From NCBI GenBank assembly GCA_964016885.1, contig OZ024750.1, forward strand, positions 38,006,001 to 38,070,000: DNA of 64,000 nucleotides. Reading direction: 5' to 3'. The position numbers and the translations under genes were made by a program. Each line of letters opens with the position of its first letter. Position 1 is the stretch's first letter. A model generated the notes under the pieces. That model worked only from the letters and a program-made list of their open reading frames with translations, was not told the DNA's origin and ran no database searches. The DNA comes from Eledone cirrhosa (lineage: Eukaryota). Shown one piece after another: positions 1 through 15,959 of this stretch.

Positions 1-3000
1 CTATGATTAAACTTTACACTGTATGTGATGTACCATGAAGCTATGGCTAACCTGTACACTGTATGTGATGTACCATGAAGCTATGGCTAACCTGTACACT
101 GTATGTGATGTACCATGAAGTTATAGCTAATCTGTACACTGTATGTGATGCAACATGAAGCTATAGCTAACCTGTACACTGTATGTGATGTACAATGAAG
201 CTATGACTAACCTGTACACTGTATCTGATGTACCATGAAGCTATAACTAACCTATACACTGTATGTGATGTACCATGAAGCTATGACTAACCTGTACAAT
301 GTATGTGATGTACCATGAAGCTATGACTAACATGTACACTGTATGTGATGTACCATGAAGCTATGGCTAACCTGTATACTGTACGTGATGCACCATGAAG
401 CTATGCTAAACGGTACACTGTATGTGATGTACCATGAAGCTATGGCTAACCTGTACAATGTATGTGATGTACCATGAAGCTATGACTAACCTATACACTG
501 TATGTGATGTACCATGAAGCTATGACTAACCTGTACACTGTATGTGATGTACCATGAAGCTATGGCTAACCTGTACACTGTATGTGATGTACCATGAAGC
601 TATGACTAACCTGTACACTGTATGTGATGTACCATGAAGCTATGGCTAACCTGTACACTGTATGTGATGTACCATGAAGCTATGGCTAACCTGTACACTG
701 TATGTGATGTACCATGAAGCTATGGCTAAGCTGTACACTGTATGTGATGTACCATGAAGCTATAGGTAACCTGTACACTGTATGTGATGTATCCTGAAGC
801 TATGACTAACCTGTACACTGTATGTGATGTACCATGAAGCTATGGCTAACCTGTACACCGTATGTGATGTAACATGAAGCTATAGCTAACCTGTACACTG
901 TATGTGATGTACCATGAAGCTATGACTAACCTGTACACTGTATGTGATGTACCATGAAGCTATGACTAACCTGTACACTGTATGTGATGTACCATGAAGC
1001 TATAGCTAACCTATACACTGTATGTGATGTACCATGAAGCTATGACTAACCTGTACACTGTATCTGATGTACCATGAAGCTATAACTAACCTATACACTG
1101 TATGTGATGTACCATGAAGCTATGACTAACCTGTACACTGTATGTGATGTACCATGAAGCTATGACTAACATGTACACTGTATGTGATGTACCATGAAGC
1201 TATGGCTAACCTGTACACTGTATGTGATGCATCATGAAGCTATGCTTAACGGTACACTGTATGTGATGTACCATGAAGCTATGGCTAACCTGTACAATGT
1301 ATGTGATGTAACATGAAGCTATGACTAACCTATACACTGTATGTGATGTACCATGAAGCTATGACTAACCTGTACACTGTATGTGATGTACCATGAAGCT
1401 ATGGCTAACCTGTACACTGTATGTGATGTACCATGAAGATATGACTAACCTGTACACTGTATGTGATGTACCATGAAGCTATGGCTAACCTGTACACTGT
1501 ACGTGATGTACCATGAAGCTATGGCTAACCTGTACACTGTATGTGATGTACCATGAAGCTATGGCTAACCTGTACACTGTATGTGATGTACCATGAAGCT
1601 ATAGGTAACCTGTACACTGTATGTGATGTACCATGAAGCTATGACTAACCTGTACACTGTATGTGATGTACCATGAAGCTATGGCTAACCTGTACACCGT
1701 ATGTGATGTAACATGAAGCTATAGCTAACCTGTACACTGTATGTGATGTACCATGAAGCTATGACTAACCTGTACACTGTATGTGATGTACCATGAAGCT
1801 ATGACTAACCTGTACACTGTATGTGATGTACCATGAAGCTAAGGCTAACCTGTACACTGTATGTGATGTACCATGAAGCTATGGCTAACCTGTACATGGT
1901 ATGTGATGTACCATGAAGCTATGGCTAACCTGTACACTGTATGTGATGTACCATGAAGCTATGGCTAACCTGTACACTGTATGTGATGTACCATGAAGCT
2001 ATGACTAACCTGTACACTGTATATGATGTACCATGAAGCTATGACTAACATGTACACTGTATGCGATGTACCATGAAGCTATGACTAACCTGTACACTGT
2101 ATGTGATGTACCATGAAGCTATGACTAACCTGTACACTGTATGTGATGTACCATGAAGCTATAGGTAACCTCTACACTGTATGTGATGTACCATGAAGCT
2201 ATTACTAACCTGTACACTGTATGTGATTTACCATGAAGCTATGATTAACCTGTACACTGTATGTGATGTACAATGAAGCTATGACTAACCTGTACACTGT
2301 ATGTGATGTACCATGAAGCTATGACTAACCTATACATTGTATGTGATGTACCATGAAGCTATGACTAACCTTTACACTGTATGTGATGTACCATGAATTC
2401 TATGACTAACCTGTACACTGTATGTGATGTACCATGAAGCTATGACTAACCTATACACTGTATGTGATGTACCATGAAGTTATAGCTAATCTGTACACTG
2501 TATGTGATGTAACATGAAGCTATAGCTAACCTGTACACTGTATGTGATGTACCATGAAGCTATGACTAACCTGTACACTGTATGTGATGTACCATGAAGC
2601 TATGACTAACCTGTACACTGTATGTGATGTACCATGAAGCTATGACTAACCTGTACACTGTATGTGATGTACCATGAAGCTATGACTAACCTATACACTG
2701 TATGTGATGTACCATGTAGCTATGACTAACCTTTACACTGTATGTGATGTACCATGAAGCTATGGCTAACCTGTACACTGTATGTGATGTACCATGAAAC
2801 TATGGCTAACCTGTACACTGTATGTGATGTACCATGAATTTATGACTAACATGTACACTGTATGTGATGTACCATGAAGCTATGACTAACCTGTACACTG
2901 TATGTGATGTACCATGAATCTATGGCTAACCTGTACACTGTATGTGATGTACCATGAAGCTATGACTAACCTATACACTGTATGTGATGTACCATGAAGC

Positions 3001-5523
3001 TATGACTAACCTGTACACCGTATGTGATGTACCATGAAGCTATGACTAACCTATACACTGTATGTGATGTACCATGAAGCTATGACTAACCTGTACACTG
3101 TATGTGATGTACCATGAACGTATGACTAACCTATACACTGTATGTGATGTACCATGCAGCTATGACTAACTTGTACACTGTATGTGATGTACCATGAAGC
3201 TATAGCTAACCTGTACACTGTATGTGATGTACCATGAAGCTATGACTAACCTGTACACTGTATGTGATGTACCATGAAGCTATGACTAACCTGTACACTG
3301 TATGTGATGTACCATGAAGCTATGACTAACATGTACACTGTATGTGATGTACCATGAAGCTATGGCTAACCTGTACACTGTATGTGATGTAACATGAAGC
3401 TATAGCTAACCTGTACACTGTATGTGATGTACCATGAAGCTATGACTAACCTGTACACCGTATGTGATGTTCCATGAAGCTATGACTAACCTGTACACTG
3501 TATGTGATGTACCATGAAGCTATGACTAACCTGTACACCGTATGTGATGTACCATGGAGCTATGACTAACCTATACACTGTATGTGATGTACCATGAAGC
3601 TATGACTAACCTATACACTGTATGTGATGTACCATGCAGCTATGACTAACCTGTACACTGTATGTGATGTACCATGAAGCTATAGCTAACCTGTACACTG
3701 TATGTGATGTACCATGAAGCTATGACTAACCTGTACACTGTATGTGATGTAACATGAAGCTATAGCTAACCTGTACACTGTATGTGATGTACCATGAAGC
3801 TATGACTAACCTGTACACTGTATGTGATGTACCATGAAGCTATAGCTAACGTATACACTGTATGTGATGTACCATGAAGCTATGACTAACCTGTACACTG
3901 TATGTGATGTACCATGAAGCTATGGCTAACCTGTACACTGTATGTGATGTAACATGAAGCTATAGCTAACCTGTACACTGTATGTGATGTACCATGAAGC
4001 TATGACTAACCGGTACACTGTATGTGATGTACCATGAAGCTATGACTAACATGTACACTGTATGCGATGTGCCATGAAGCTATGACTAACCTGTACACTG
4101 TATGTGATGTACCATGAAGCTATGACTAACCTGTACACTGTATGTGATGTACCATGAAGCTATGGCTAACCTGTACACTGTATGTGATGTACCATGAAGC
4201 TATAGGTAACCTGTACACTGTATGTGATGTACCATGAAGCTATGACTAACCTGTACACTGTATGTGATTTACCATGAAGCTATGACTAACCTGTACACTG
4301 TATGTGATGTACCATGAAGCTATGACTAACCTGTACATTCTATGTGATGTACCATGAAGCTATGACTAACCTATACACTGTATGTGATGTACCATGAAGC
4401 TACGACTAACCTTTACACTGTATGTGATGTACCATGAATTCTATGACTAACCTGTACACTGTATGTGATGTACCATGAAGCTATGACTAAACTATACACT
4501 GTATGTGATGTACCATGAAGCTATGATTAAACTTTACACTGTATGTGATGTACCATGAAGCTATGGCTAACCTGTACACTGTATGTGATGTACCATGAAG
4601 CTATGGCTAACCTGTACACTGTATGTGATGTACCATGAAGTTATAGCTAATCTGTACACTGTATGTGATGCAACATGAAGCTATAGCTAACCTGTACACT
4701 GTATGTGATGTACAATGAAGCTATGACTAACCTGTACACTGTATCTGATGTACCATGAAGCTATAACTAACCTATACACTGTATGTGATGTACCATGAAG
4801 CTATGACTAACCTGTACAATGTATGTGATGTACCATGAAGCTATGACTAACATGTACACTGTATGTGATGTACCATGAAGCTATGGCTAACCTGTATACT
4901 GTACGTGATGCACCATGAAGCTATGCTAAACGGTACACTGTATGTGATGTACCATGAAGCTATGGCTAACCTGTACAATGTATGTGATGTACCATGAAGC
5001 TATGACTAACCTATACACTGTATGTGATGTACCATGAAGCTATGACTAACCTGTACACTGTATGTGATGTACCATGAAGCTATGGCTAACCTGTACACTG
5101 TATGTGATGTACCATGAAGCTATGACTAACCTGTACACTGTATGTGATGTACCATGAAGCTATGGCTAACCTGTACACTGTATGTGATGTACCATGAAGC
5201 TATGGCTAACCTGTACACTGTATGTGATGTACCATGAAGCTATGGCTAAGCTGTACACTGTATGTGATGTACCATGAAGCTATAGGTAACCTGTACACTG
5301 TATGTGATGTATCCTGAAGCTATGACTAACCTGTACACTGTATGTGATGTACCATGAAGCTATGGCTAACCTGTACACCGTATGTGATGTAACATGAAGC
5401 TATAGCTAACCTGTACACTGTATGTGATGTACCATGAAGCTATGACTAACCTGTACACTGTATGTGATGTACCATGAAGCTATGACTAACCTGTACACTG
5501 TATGTGATGTACCATGAAGCTAT
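1..5523. repeat. Duplicated block: 1-1003 recurs at 4521-5523 (offset 4,520 bp = 113 monomers)
   Basis: Rare variants match at constant offset: CTATGATTAAACTTTACAC 1/4521, CAACATG 151/4671, TACAATGAAG 191/4711, CCTGTATACTGTACGTGATGCACC 371/4891, ATCCTGAAG 791/5311. Confidence 0.9.
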
Positions 5524-8500
5524 GGCTAACATGTACACTGTATGTGATGTACCATGAAGCTATGGCTAACCTGTACACTGTATGTGATGTACCATGAAGC
5601 TATGGCTAACCTGTACACTGTATGTGATGTACCATGAAGCTATGGCTAACCTGTACACTGTATGTGATGTACCATGAAGCTATGACTAACCTGTACACTG
5701 TATGTGATGTACCATGAAGCTATGACTAACCTGTACACTGTATGTGATGTACCATGAAGCTATGACTAACCTGTACACTGTATGTGATGTACCATGAAGC
5801 TATAGGTAACCTCTACACTGTATGTGATGTACCATGAAGCTATGACTAACCTGTACACTGTATGTGATTTACCATGAAGCTATGACTAACCTGTACACTG
5901 TATGTGATGTACCATGAAGCTATGACTAACCTGTACACTGTATGTGATGTACCATGAAGCTATGACTAACCTATACATTGTATGTGATGTACCATGAAGC
6001 TATGACTAACCTTTACACTGTATGTGATGTACCATGGATTCTATGACTAACCTGTACACTGTATGTGATGTACCATGAAGCTATGACTAACCTATACACT
6101 GTATGTGATGTACCATGAAGCTATGACTAAACTTTACACTGTATGTGATGTACCATGAAGCTATGGCTAACCTGTACACTGTATGTGATGTACCATGAAG
6201 CTATGGCTAACCTTTACACTGTATGTGATGTACCATGAAGTTATAGCTAATCTGTACACTGTATGTGATGTAACATGAAGCTATAGCTAACCTGTACACT
6301 GTATGTGATGTACCATGAAGCTATGACTAACCTGTACACAGTGTGTGATGTACCATGAAGCTATACCTAACCTATACACTGTATGTGATGTACCATGAAG
6401 CTATGACTAACCTCTACACTGTATGTGATGTACCATGAAGCTATGACTAACCTATACACTGTATGTGATGTACCATGAAGCTATGACTAACCTGTACACT
6501 GTATGTGATGTACCATGAAGCTATGACTAACATGTAACCTGTATGTGATGTACCATGAAGCTATGACTAACCTGTACACTGTATGTGATGTACCATGAAG
6601 CTATGCTAACCTGTACACTGTATGTGATGTACCATGAAGCTATGGCTAACCTGTACAATGTATGTGATGTACCATGAAGCTATGACTAACCTATACACTG
6701 TATGTGATGTACCATGAAGCTATGACTAACCTGTACACTGTATGTGATGTACCATGAAGCTATGGCTAAACTGTACACAGTATGTGACTTACCATGAAGC
6801 TATGGCTAACCTGTACACTGTATGTGATGTACCATGAAGCTATGACTAACCTGTACACTGTATATGATGTACCATGAAGCTATGACTAACATGTACACTG
6901 TATGTGATGTACCATGAAGCTATGGCTAACCTGTACACAGTATGTGATGTACCATGAAGCTATAGGTAACCTGTACACTGTATGTGATGAACCATGAAGC
7001 TATGACTAACCTGTACACTGTATGTGATGTACCATGAAGCTATGGCTAACCTGTACACTGTATGTGATGTACCATGAAGCTATGACTAACCTATACACTG
7101 TATGTGATGTACCATGAAGCTATGACTAAACCTTACACTGTATGTGATGTACCATGAAGCTATGGCTAACCTGTACACTGTATGTGATGTACCATGAAGC
7201 TATGGCTAACCTGTACACTGTATGTGATGTACCATGAAGTTATAGCTAATCTGTACACTGTTTGTGATGTAACATGAAGCTATAGCTAACCTGTACACTG
7301 TATGTGATGTACCATGAAGCTATGACTAACCTGTACACTGTATGTGATGTACCATGAAGTTATAGCTAATCTGTACACTGTATGTGATGTTCCATGAAGC
7401 TATAACTAACCTATACACTGTATGTGATGTACCATGAAGCTATGACTAACCTGTACACTGTATGTGATGTACCATGAAGCTATGACTAACATGTACACTG
7501 TATGTGATGTACCATGAAGCTATGACTAACCTGTACACTGTATGTGATGTACCATGAAGCTATGCTAAACGGTACACATTTTGTGATGTACCATGAAGCT
7601 ATGGCTAACCTGTACAATGTATGTGATGTACCATGAAGCTATGACTAACCTATACACTGTATGTGATGTACCATGAAGCTATGGCTAACCTGTACACTGT
7701 ATGTGATGTACCATGAAGCTATGGCTAACCTGTACACTGTATGTGATGTACCATGAAGCTATGGCTAACCTGTACACTGTATGTGATGTACCATGAAGCT
7801 ATGGCTAACCTGTACACTGTATGTGATGTACCATGAAGCTATAGGTAACCTGTACACTGTATGTGATGTACCCTGAAGCTATGACTAACCTGTACACTGT
7901 ATATGATGTACCATGAAGCTATGACTAACCTGTACACTGTATGTGATGTACCATGAAGCTATGACTAACCTGTACACTGTATGTGATGTACCATGAAGCT
8001 ATAGGTAACCTCTACACTGTATGTGATGTACCATGAAGCTATGACTAACCTGTACACTGTATGTGATTTACCATGAAGCTATGACTAACCTGTACACTGT
8101 ATGTGATGTACCATGAAGCTATGACTAACCTGTACACTGTATGTGATGTACCATGAAGCTATGACTAACCTATACATTGTATGTGATGTACCATGAAGCT
8201 ATGACTAACCTTTACACTGTATGTGATGTACCATGGATTCTATGACTAACCTGTACACTGTATGTGATGTACCATGAAGCTATGACTAACCTATACACTG
8301 TATGTGATGTACCATGAAGCTATGACTAACCTTTACACTGTATGTGATGTACCATGAAGCTATGGCTAACCTGTACACTGTATGTGATGTACCATGAAGC
8401 TATGGCTAACCTTTACACTGTATGTGATGTACCATGAAGTTATAGCTAATCTGTACACTGTATGTGATGTAACATGAAGCTATAGCTAACCTGTACACTG

Positions 8501-11500
8501 TATGTGATGTACCATGAAGCTATGACTAACCTGTACACTGTGTGTGATGTACCATGAAGCTATACCTAACCTATACACTGTATGTGATGTACCATGAAGC
8601 TATGACTAACCTCTACACTCTATGTGATGTACCATGAAGCTATGACTAACCTATACACTGTATGTGATGTACCATGAAGCTATGACTAACCTGTACACTG
8701 TATGTGATGTACCATGAAGCTATGACTAACCTATACACTGTATGTGATGTACCATGAAGCTATGACTAACCTGTACACCGTATGTGATGTACCATGAAGC
8801 TATGACTAACCTATACACTGTATGTGATGTACCATGAAGCTATGACTAACCTGTACACTGTATGTGATGTACCATGAAGCTATGTCTAACCTATACACTG
8901 TATGTGATGTACCATGCAGCTATGACTAACCTGTACACTGTATGTGATGTACCATGAAGCTATAGCTAACCTGTACACTGTATGTGATGTACCATGAAGC
9001 TATTACTAACCTGTACATTGTATGTGATGTACCATGAAGCTATGAGTAACCTGTACACTGTATGTGATGTACCATGAAGCTATGACTAACCTGTACACTG
9101 TATGTGATGTACCATGAAGCTATGGCTAACCTGTACACTGTATGTGATGTAACATGAAGCTATAGCTAACCTGTACACTGTATGTGATGTACCATGAAGC
9201 TATGACTAACCTGTACACCGTATGTGATGTTCCGTGAAGCTATGACTAACCTATACACTGTATGTGATGTACCATGAAGCTATGACTAACCTGTACACCG
9301 TATGTGATGTACCATGAAGCTATTACTAACATATACACTGTATGTGATGTACCATGCAGCTATGACTAACCTGTACACTGTATGTGATGTACCATGAAGC
9401 TATAGCTAACCTGTACACTGTATGTGATGTACCATGAAGCTATGACTAACCTGTACACTGTATGTGATGTACCATGAAGCTATGACTAACCTGTACACTG
9501 TATGTGATGTAACATGAAGCTATAGCTAACCTCTACACTGTATGTGATGTACCATGAAGCTATGACTAACCTGTACACTGTATGTGATGTACCATGAAGC
9601 TATAGCTAACCTGTACACTGTATGTGATGTACCATGAAGCTATGACTAACCTGTACACTGTATGTGATGTACCATGAAGCTATGGCTAACCTGTACACCG
9701 TATGTGATGTAACATGAAGCTATAGCTAACCTGTACACTGTATGTGATGTACCATGAAGCTATGACTAACCTGTACACTGTATGTGATGTACCATGAAGC
9801 TATGACTAACCTGTACACTGTATGTGATGTACCATGAAGCTATGGCTAACATGTACACTGTATGTAATGTACCATGAAGCTATGGCTAAACTGTACACTG
9901 TATGTGATGTACCATGAAGCTATGGCTAACCTGTACACTGTATGTGATGTACCATGAAGCTATGGCTAACCTGTACACTGTATGTGATGTACCATGAAGC
10001 TATGACTAACCTGTACACTGTATATGATGTACCATGAAGCTATGACTAACATGTACACTGTATGCGATGTACCATGAAGCTATGACTAACCTGTACACTG
10101 TATGTGATTTACCATGAAGCTATCACTAACCTGTACACTGTATGTGATGTACCATGAAGCTATGACTAACCTGTACACTGTATGTGATGTACCATGAAGC
10201 TATGACTAACCTATACACTGTATGTGATGTACCATGAAGCTATGACTAACCTTTACACTGTATGTGATGTACCATGAATTCTATGACTAACCTGTACACT
10301 GTATGTGATGTACCATGAAGCTATGACTAACCTATACACTGTATGTGATGTACCATGAAGCTATGACTAACCTTTACACTGTATGTGATGTACCATGAAG
10401 CTATGGCTAACCTGTACACTGTATGTGATGTACCATGAAGCTATGGCTAACCTGTACACTGTATGTGATGTACCATGAAGTTATAGCTAATCTGTACACT
10501 GTATGTGATGTAACATGAAGCTATAGCTAACCTGTACACTGTATGTGATGTACCATGAAGCTATGACTAACCTGTACACTGTATGTGATGTACCATGAAG
10601 CTATAGCTAACCTATACACTGTATGTGATGTACCATGAAGCTATGACTAACCTGTACACTGTATGTGATGTACCATGAAGCTATGACTAACCTATACACT
10701 GTATGTGATGTACCATGAAGCTATGACTAACCTGTACACTGTATGTGATGTACCATGAAGCTATGACTAACATGTACACTGTATGCGATGTACCATGAAG
10801 CTATGACTAACCTGTACACTGTATGTGATTTACCATGAAGCTATCACTAACCTGTACACTGTATGTGATGTACCATGAAGCTATGACTAACCTGTACACT
10901 GTATGTGATGTACCATGAAGCTATGACTAACCTATACACTGTATGTGATGTACCATGAAGCTATGACTAACCTATACACTGTATGTGATGTACCATGAAG
11001 CTATGACTAACCTGTACACTGTATGTGATGTACCATGAAGCTATGACTAACCTGTACACCGTATGTGATGTACCATGAAGCTATAACTAACCTATACACT
11101 GTATGTGATGTACCATGAAGCTATGACTAACCTGTACACTGTATGTGATGTACCATGAAGCTATGACTAACCTATACACTGTATGTGATGTACCATGCAG
11201 CTATGACTAACCTGTACACTGTATGTGATGTACCATGAAGCTATAGCTAACCTATACACTGTATGTGATGTACCATGAAGCTATGACTAACCTGTACACT
11301 GTATGTGATGTTCCATGAAGCTATAACTAACCTATACACTGTATGTGATGTACCATGAAGCTATGACTAACCTGTACACTGTATGTGATGTACCATGAAG
11401 CTATGACTAACATGTACACTGTATGTGATGTACCATGAAGCTATGACTAACCTGTACACTGTATGTGATGTACCATGAAGCTATGCTAAACGGTACACAT

Positions 11501-11599
11501 TTTGTGATGTACCATGAAGCTATGGCTAACCTGTACAACGTATGTGATGTACCATGAAGCTATGACTAACCTATACACTGTATGTGATGTACCATGAAG

Positions 11600-14500
11600 C
11601 TATGACTAACCTGTACACTGTATGTGATGTAGCATGAAGCTATAGCTAACCTGTACACTGTATGTGATGTACCATGAAGCTATGACTAACCTGTACACTG
11701 TATGCGATGTACCATGAAGCTATAGCTAACCTATACACTCTATGTGATGTACCATGAAGCTATGGCTAACCTGTACACTGTATGTGATGTACCATGAAGC
11801 TATGGCTAACCTGTACACTGTATGTGATGTACCATGAAGTTATAGCTAATCTGTACACTGTATGTGATGTAACATGAAGCTATAGCTAACCTGTACACTG
11901 TATGTGATGTACCATGAAGCTATGACTAACCTGTACACTGTATGTGATGTACCATGAAGCTATAGCTAACCTATACACTGTATGTGATGTACCATGAAGC
12001 TATGACTAACCTGTACACTGTATGTGATGTTCCATGAAGCTATAACTAACCTATACACTGTATGTGATGTACCATGAAGCTATGACTAACCTGTACACTG
12101 TATGTGATGTACCATGAAGCTATGACTAACATGTACACTGTATGTGATGTACCATGAAGCTATGACTAACCTGTACACTGTATGTGATGTACCATGAAGC
12201 TATGCTAAACGGTACACATTTTGTGATGTACCATGAAGCTATGGCTAACCTGTACAACGTATGTGATGTACCATGAAGCTATGACTAACCTATACACTGT
12301 ATGTGATGTACCATGAAGCTATGACTAACCTGTACACTGTATGTGATGTACCATGAAGCTATGGCTAACCTGTACACTGTATGTGATGTACCATGAAGCT
12401 ATGACTAACCTGTACACTGTATGTGATGTACCATGAAGCTATGGCTAACCTGTACACTGTATGTGATGTACCATGAAGCTATGGCTAACCTGTACACTGT
12501 ATGTGATGTACCATGAAGCTATGGCTAACCTGTACACTGTATGTGATGTACCATGAAGCTATGGCTAACCTGTACACTGTATGTGATGTACCATGAAGCT
12601 ATAGGTAACCTGTACACTGTATGTGATGTACCCTGAAGCTATGACTAACCTGTACACTGTATGTGATGTACCATGAAGCTATGGCTAACCTGTACACCGT
12701 ATGTGATGTAACATGAAGCTATAGCTAACCTGTACACTGTATGTGATGTACCATGAAGCTATGACTAACCTGTACACTGTATGTGATGTACCATGAAGCT
12801 ATGACTAACCTGTACACTGTATGTGATGTACCATGAAGCTATGGCTAACATGTACACTGTATGTGATGTACCATGAAGCTATGGCTAACCTGTACACTGT
12901 ATGTGATGTACCATGAAGCTATGGCTAACCTGTACACTGTATGTGATGTACCATGAAGCTATGGCTAACCTGTACACTGTATGTGATGTACCATGAAGCT
13001 ATGACTAACCTGTACACTGTATATGATGTACCATGAAGCTATGACTAACATGTACACTGTATGCGATGTACCATGAAGCTATGACTAACCTGTACACTGT
13101 ATGTGATGTACCATGAAGCTATGACTAACCTGTACACTGTATGTGATTTACCATGAAGCTATCACTAACCTGTACACTGTATGTGATGTACCATGAAGCT
13201 ATGACTAACCTGTACACTGTATGTGATGTACCATGAAGCTATGACTAACCTATACACTGTATGTGATGTACCATGAAGCTATGACTAACCTTTACACTGT
13301 ATGTGATGTACCATGAATTCTATGACTAACCTGTACACTGTATGTGATGTACCATGAAGCTATGACTAACCTATACACTGTATGTGATGTACCATGAAGC
13401 TATGACTAGCCTTTACACTGTATGTGATGTACCATGAAGCTATGGCTAACCTGTACACTGTATGTGATGTACCATGAAGCTATGGCTAACCTGTACACTG
13501 TATGTGATGTACCATGAAGTTATAGCTAATCTGTACACTGTATGTGATGTAACATGAAGCTATAGCTAACCTGTACACTGTATGTGATGTACCATGAAGC
13601 TATGACTAACCTGTACACTGTATGTGATGTACCATGAAGCTATAGCTAACCTATACACTGTATGTGATGTACCATGAAGCTATGACTAACCTGTACACAG
13701 TATGTGATGTACCATGAAGCTATGACTAACCTATACACTGTATGTGATGTACCATGAAGCTATGACTAACCTGTACACTGTATGTGATGTACCATGAAGC
13801 TATGACTAACATGTAACCTGTATGTGATGTACCATGAAGCTATGACTAACCTGTACACTGTATGTGATGTACCATGAAGCTATGCTAACCTGTACACTGT
13901 ATGTGATGTACCATGAAGCTATGGCTAACCTGTATAATGTATGTGATGTACCATGAAGCTATGACTAACCTATACACTGTATGTGATGTACCATGAAGCT
14001 ATGACTAACCTGTACACTGTATGTGATGTACCATGAAGCTATGGCTAAACTGTACACAGTATGTGACTTACCATGAAGCTATGGCTAACCTATACACTGT
14101 ATGTGATGTACCATGAAGCTATGACTAACCTGTACACTGTATGTGATGTACCATGAAGCTATGACTAACCTGTACACCGTATGTGATGTACCATGAAGCT
14201 ATAACTAACCTATACACTGTATGTGATGTACCATGAAGCTATGACTAACCTGTACACTGTATGTGATGTACCATGAAGCTATGACTAACCTATACACTGT
14301 ATGTGATGTACCATGCAGCTATGACTAACCTGTACACTGTATGTGATGTACCATGAAGCTATGACTAACCTGTACACTGTATGTGATGTACCATGAAGCT
14401 ATGACTAACCTGTACACTGTATGTGATGTAGCATGAAGCTATAGCTAACCTGTACACTGTATGTGATGTACCATGAAGCTATGACTAACCTGTACACTGT

Positions 14501-15840
14501 ATGCGATGTACCATGAAGCTATAGCTAACCTATACACTCTATGTGATGTACCATGAAGCTATGGCTAACCTGTACACTGTATGTGATGTACCATGAAGCT
14601 ATGGCTAACCTGTACACTGTATGTGATATACCATGAAGTTATAGCTAATCTGTACACTGTATGTGATGTAACATGAAGCTATAGCTAACCTGTACACTGT
14701 ATGTGATGTACCATGAAGCTATGACTAACCTGTACACTGTATGTGATGTACCATGAAGCTATAGCTAACCTATACACTGTATGTGATGTACCATGAAGCT
14801 ATGACTAACCTGTACACTGTATGTGATGTTCCATGAAGCTATAACTAACCTATACACTGTATGTGATGTACCATGAAGCTATGACTAACCTGTACACTGT
14901 ATGTGATGTACCATGAAGCTATGACTAACATGTACACTGTATGTGATGTACCATGAAGCTATGACTAACCTGTACACTGTATGTGATGTACCATGAAGCT
15001 ATGCTAAACGGTACACATTTTGTGATGTACCATGAAGCTATGGCTAACCTGTACAACGTATGTGATGTAGCATGAAGCTATGACTAACCTATACACTGTA
15101 TGTGATGTACCATGAATCTATTTACTAACCTGTACACTGTATGTGATGTACCATGAAGCTATGGCTAACCTGTACACTGTATGTGATGTACCATGAAGCT
15201 ATGACTAACCTGTACACTGTATGTGATGTACCATGAAGCTATGGCTAACCTGTACACTGTATGTGATGTACCATGAAGCTATGGCTAACCTGTACACTGT
15301 ATGTGATGTACCATGAAGCTATGGCTAACCTGTACACTGTATGTGATGTACCATGAAGCTATGGCTAACCTGTACACTGTATGTGATGTACCATGAAGCT
15401 ATAGGTAACCTGTACACTGTATGTGATGTACCCTGAAGCTATGACTAACCTGTACACTGTATGTGATGTACCATGAAGCTATGGCTAACCTGTACACCGT
15501 ATGTGATGTAACATGAAGCTATAGCTAACCTGTACACTGTATGTGATGTACCATGAAGCTATGACTAACCTGTACACTGTATGTGATGTACCATGAAGCT
15601 ATGACTAACCTGTACACTGTATGTGATGTACCATGAAGCTATGGCTAACATGTACACTGTATGTGATGTACCATGAAGCTATGGCTAACCTGTACACTGT
15701 ATGTGATGTACCATGAAGCTATGGCTAACCTGTACACTGTATGTGATGTACCATGAAGCTATGGCTAACCTGTACACTGTATGTGATGTACCATGAAGCT
15801 ATGACTAACCTGTACACTGTATATGATGTACCATGAAGCT
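11600..15840. repeat. Duplicated block: about 11600-13040 recurs at about 14400-15840 (offset about 2,800 bp = 70 monomers)
   Basis: Shared ordered variants: GTAGCATG near 11630/14430, CTATACACTCTATG near 11731/14530, the 39-bp CTATGCTAAACGGTACACATTTTG unit at 12200/14999, and ATAGGTAACC...CCCTGAAG at 12601/15401. Confidence 0.85.
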
Positions 15841-15959
15841 ATGACTAACCTGTACACTGTATGTGATGTACCATGAAGCTATGACTAACCTGTACACTGT
15901 ATGTGATGTACCATGAAGCTATAGGTAACCTCTACACTGTATGTGATGTACCATGAAGC

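Noticed and set aside
5-12. Splice branch-point-like CTAAC and AP-1-like TGACTAA motifs in each monomer
   Set aside because: Short motif matches are expected by chance in a single 40-mer, and there is no gene context or polypyrimidine tract.
1-120. tRNA-derived or structured ncRNA repeat
   Set aside because: No cloverleaf or recognisable Pol III A/B boxes are present, and only stems of about 5 bp can form.
1-160. 10-bp nucleosome-positioning or DNA-bending periodicity
   Set aside because: There are no A-tracts, and TA steps fall at positions 2, 8, 15, 22 and 31, which is not a 10-bp phasing.
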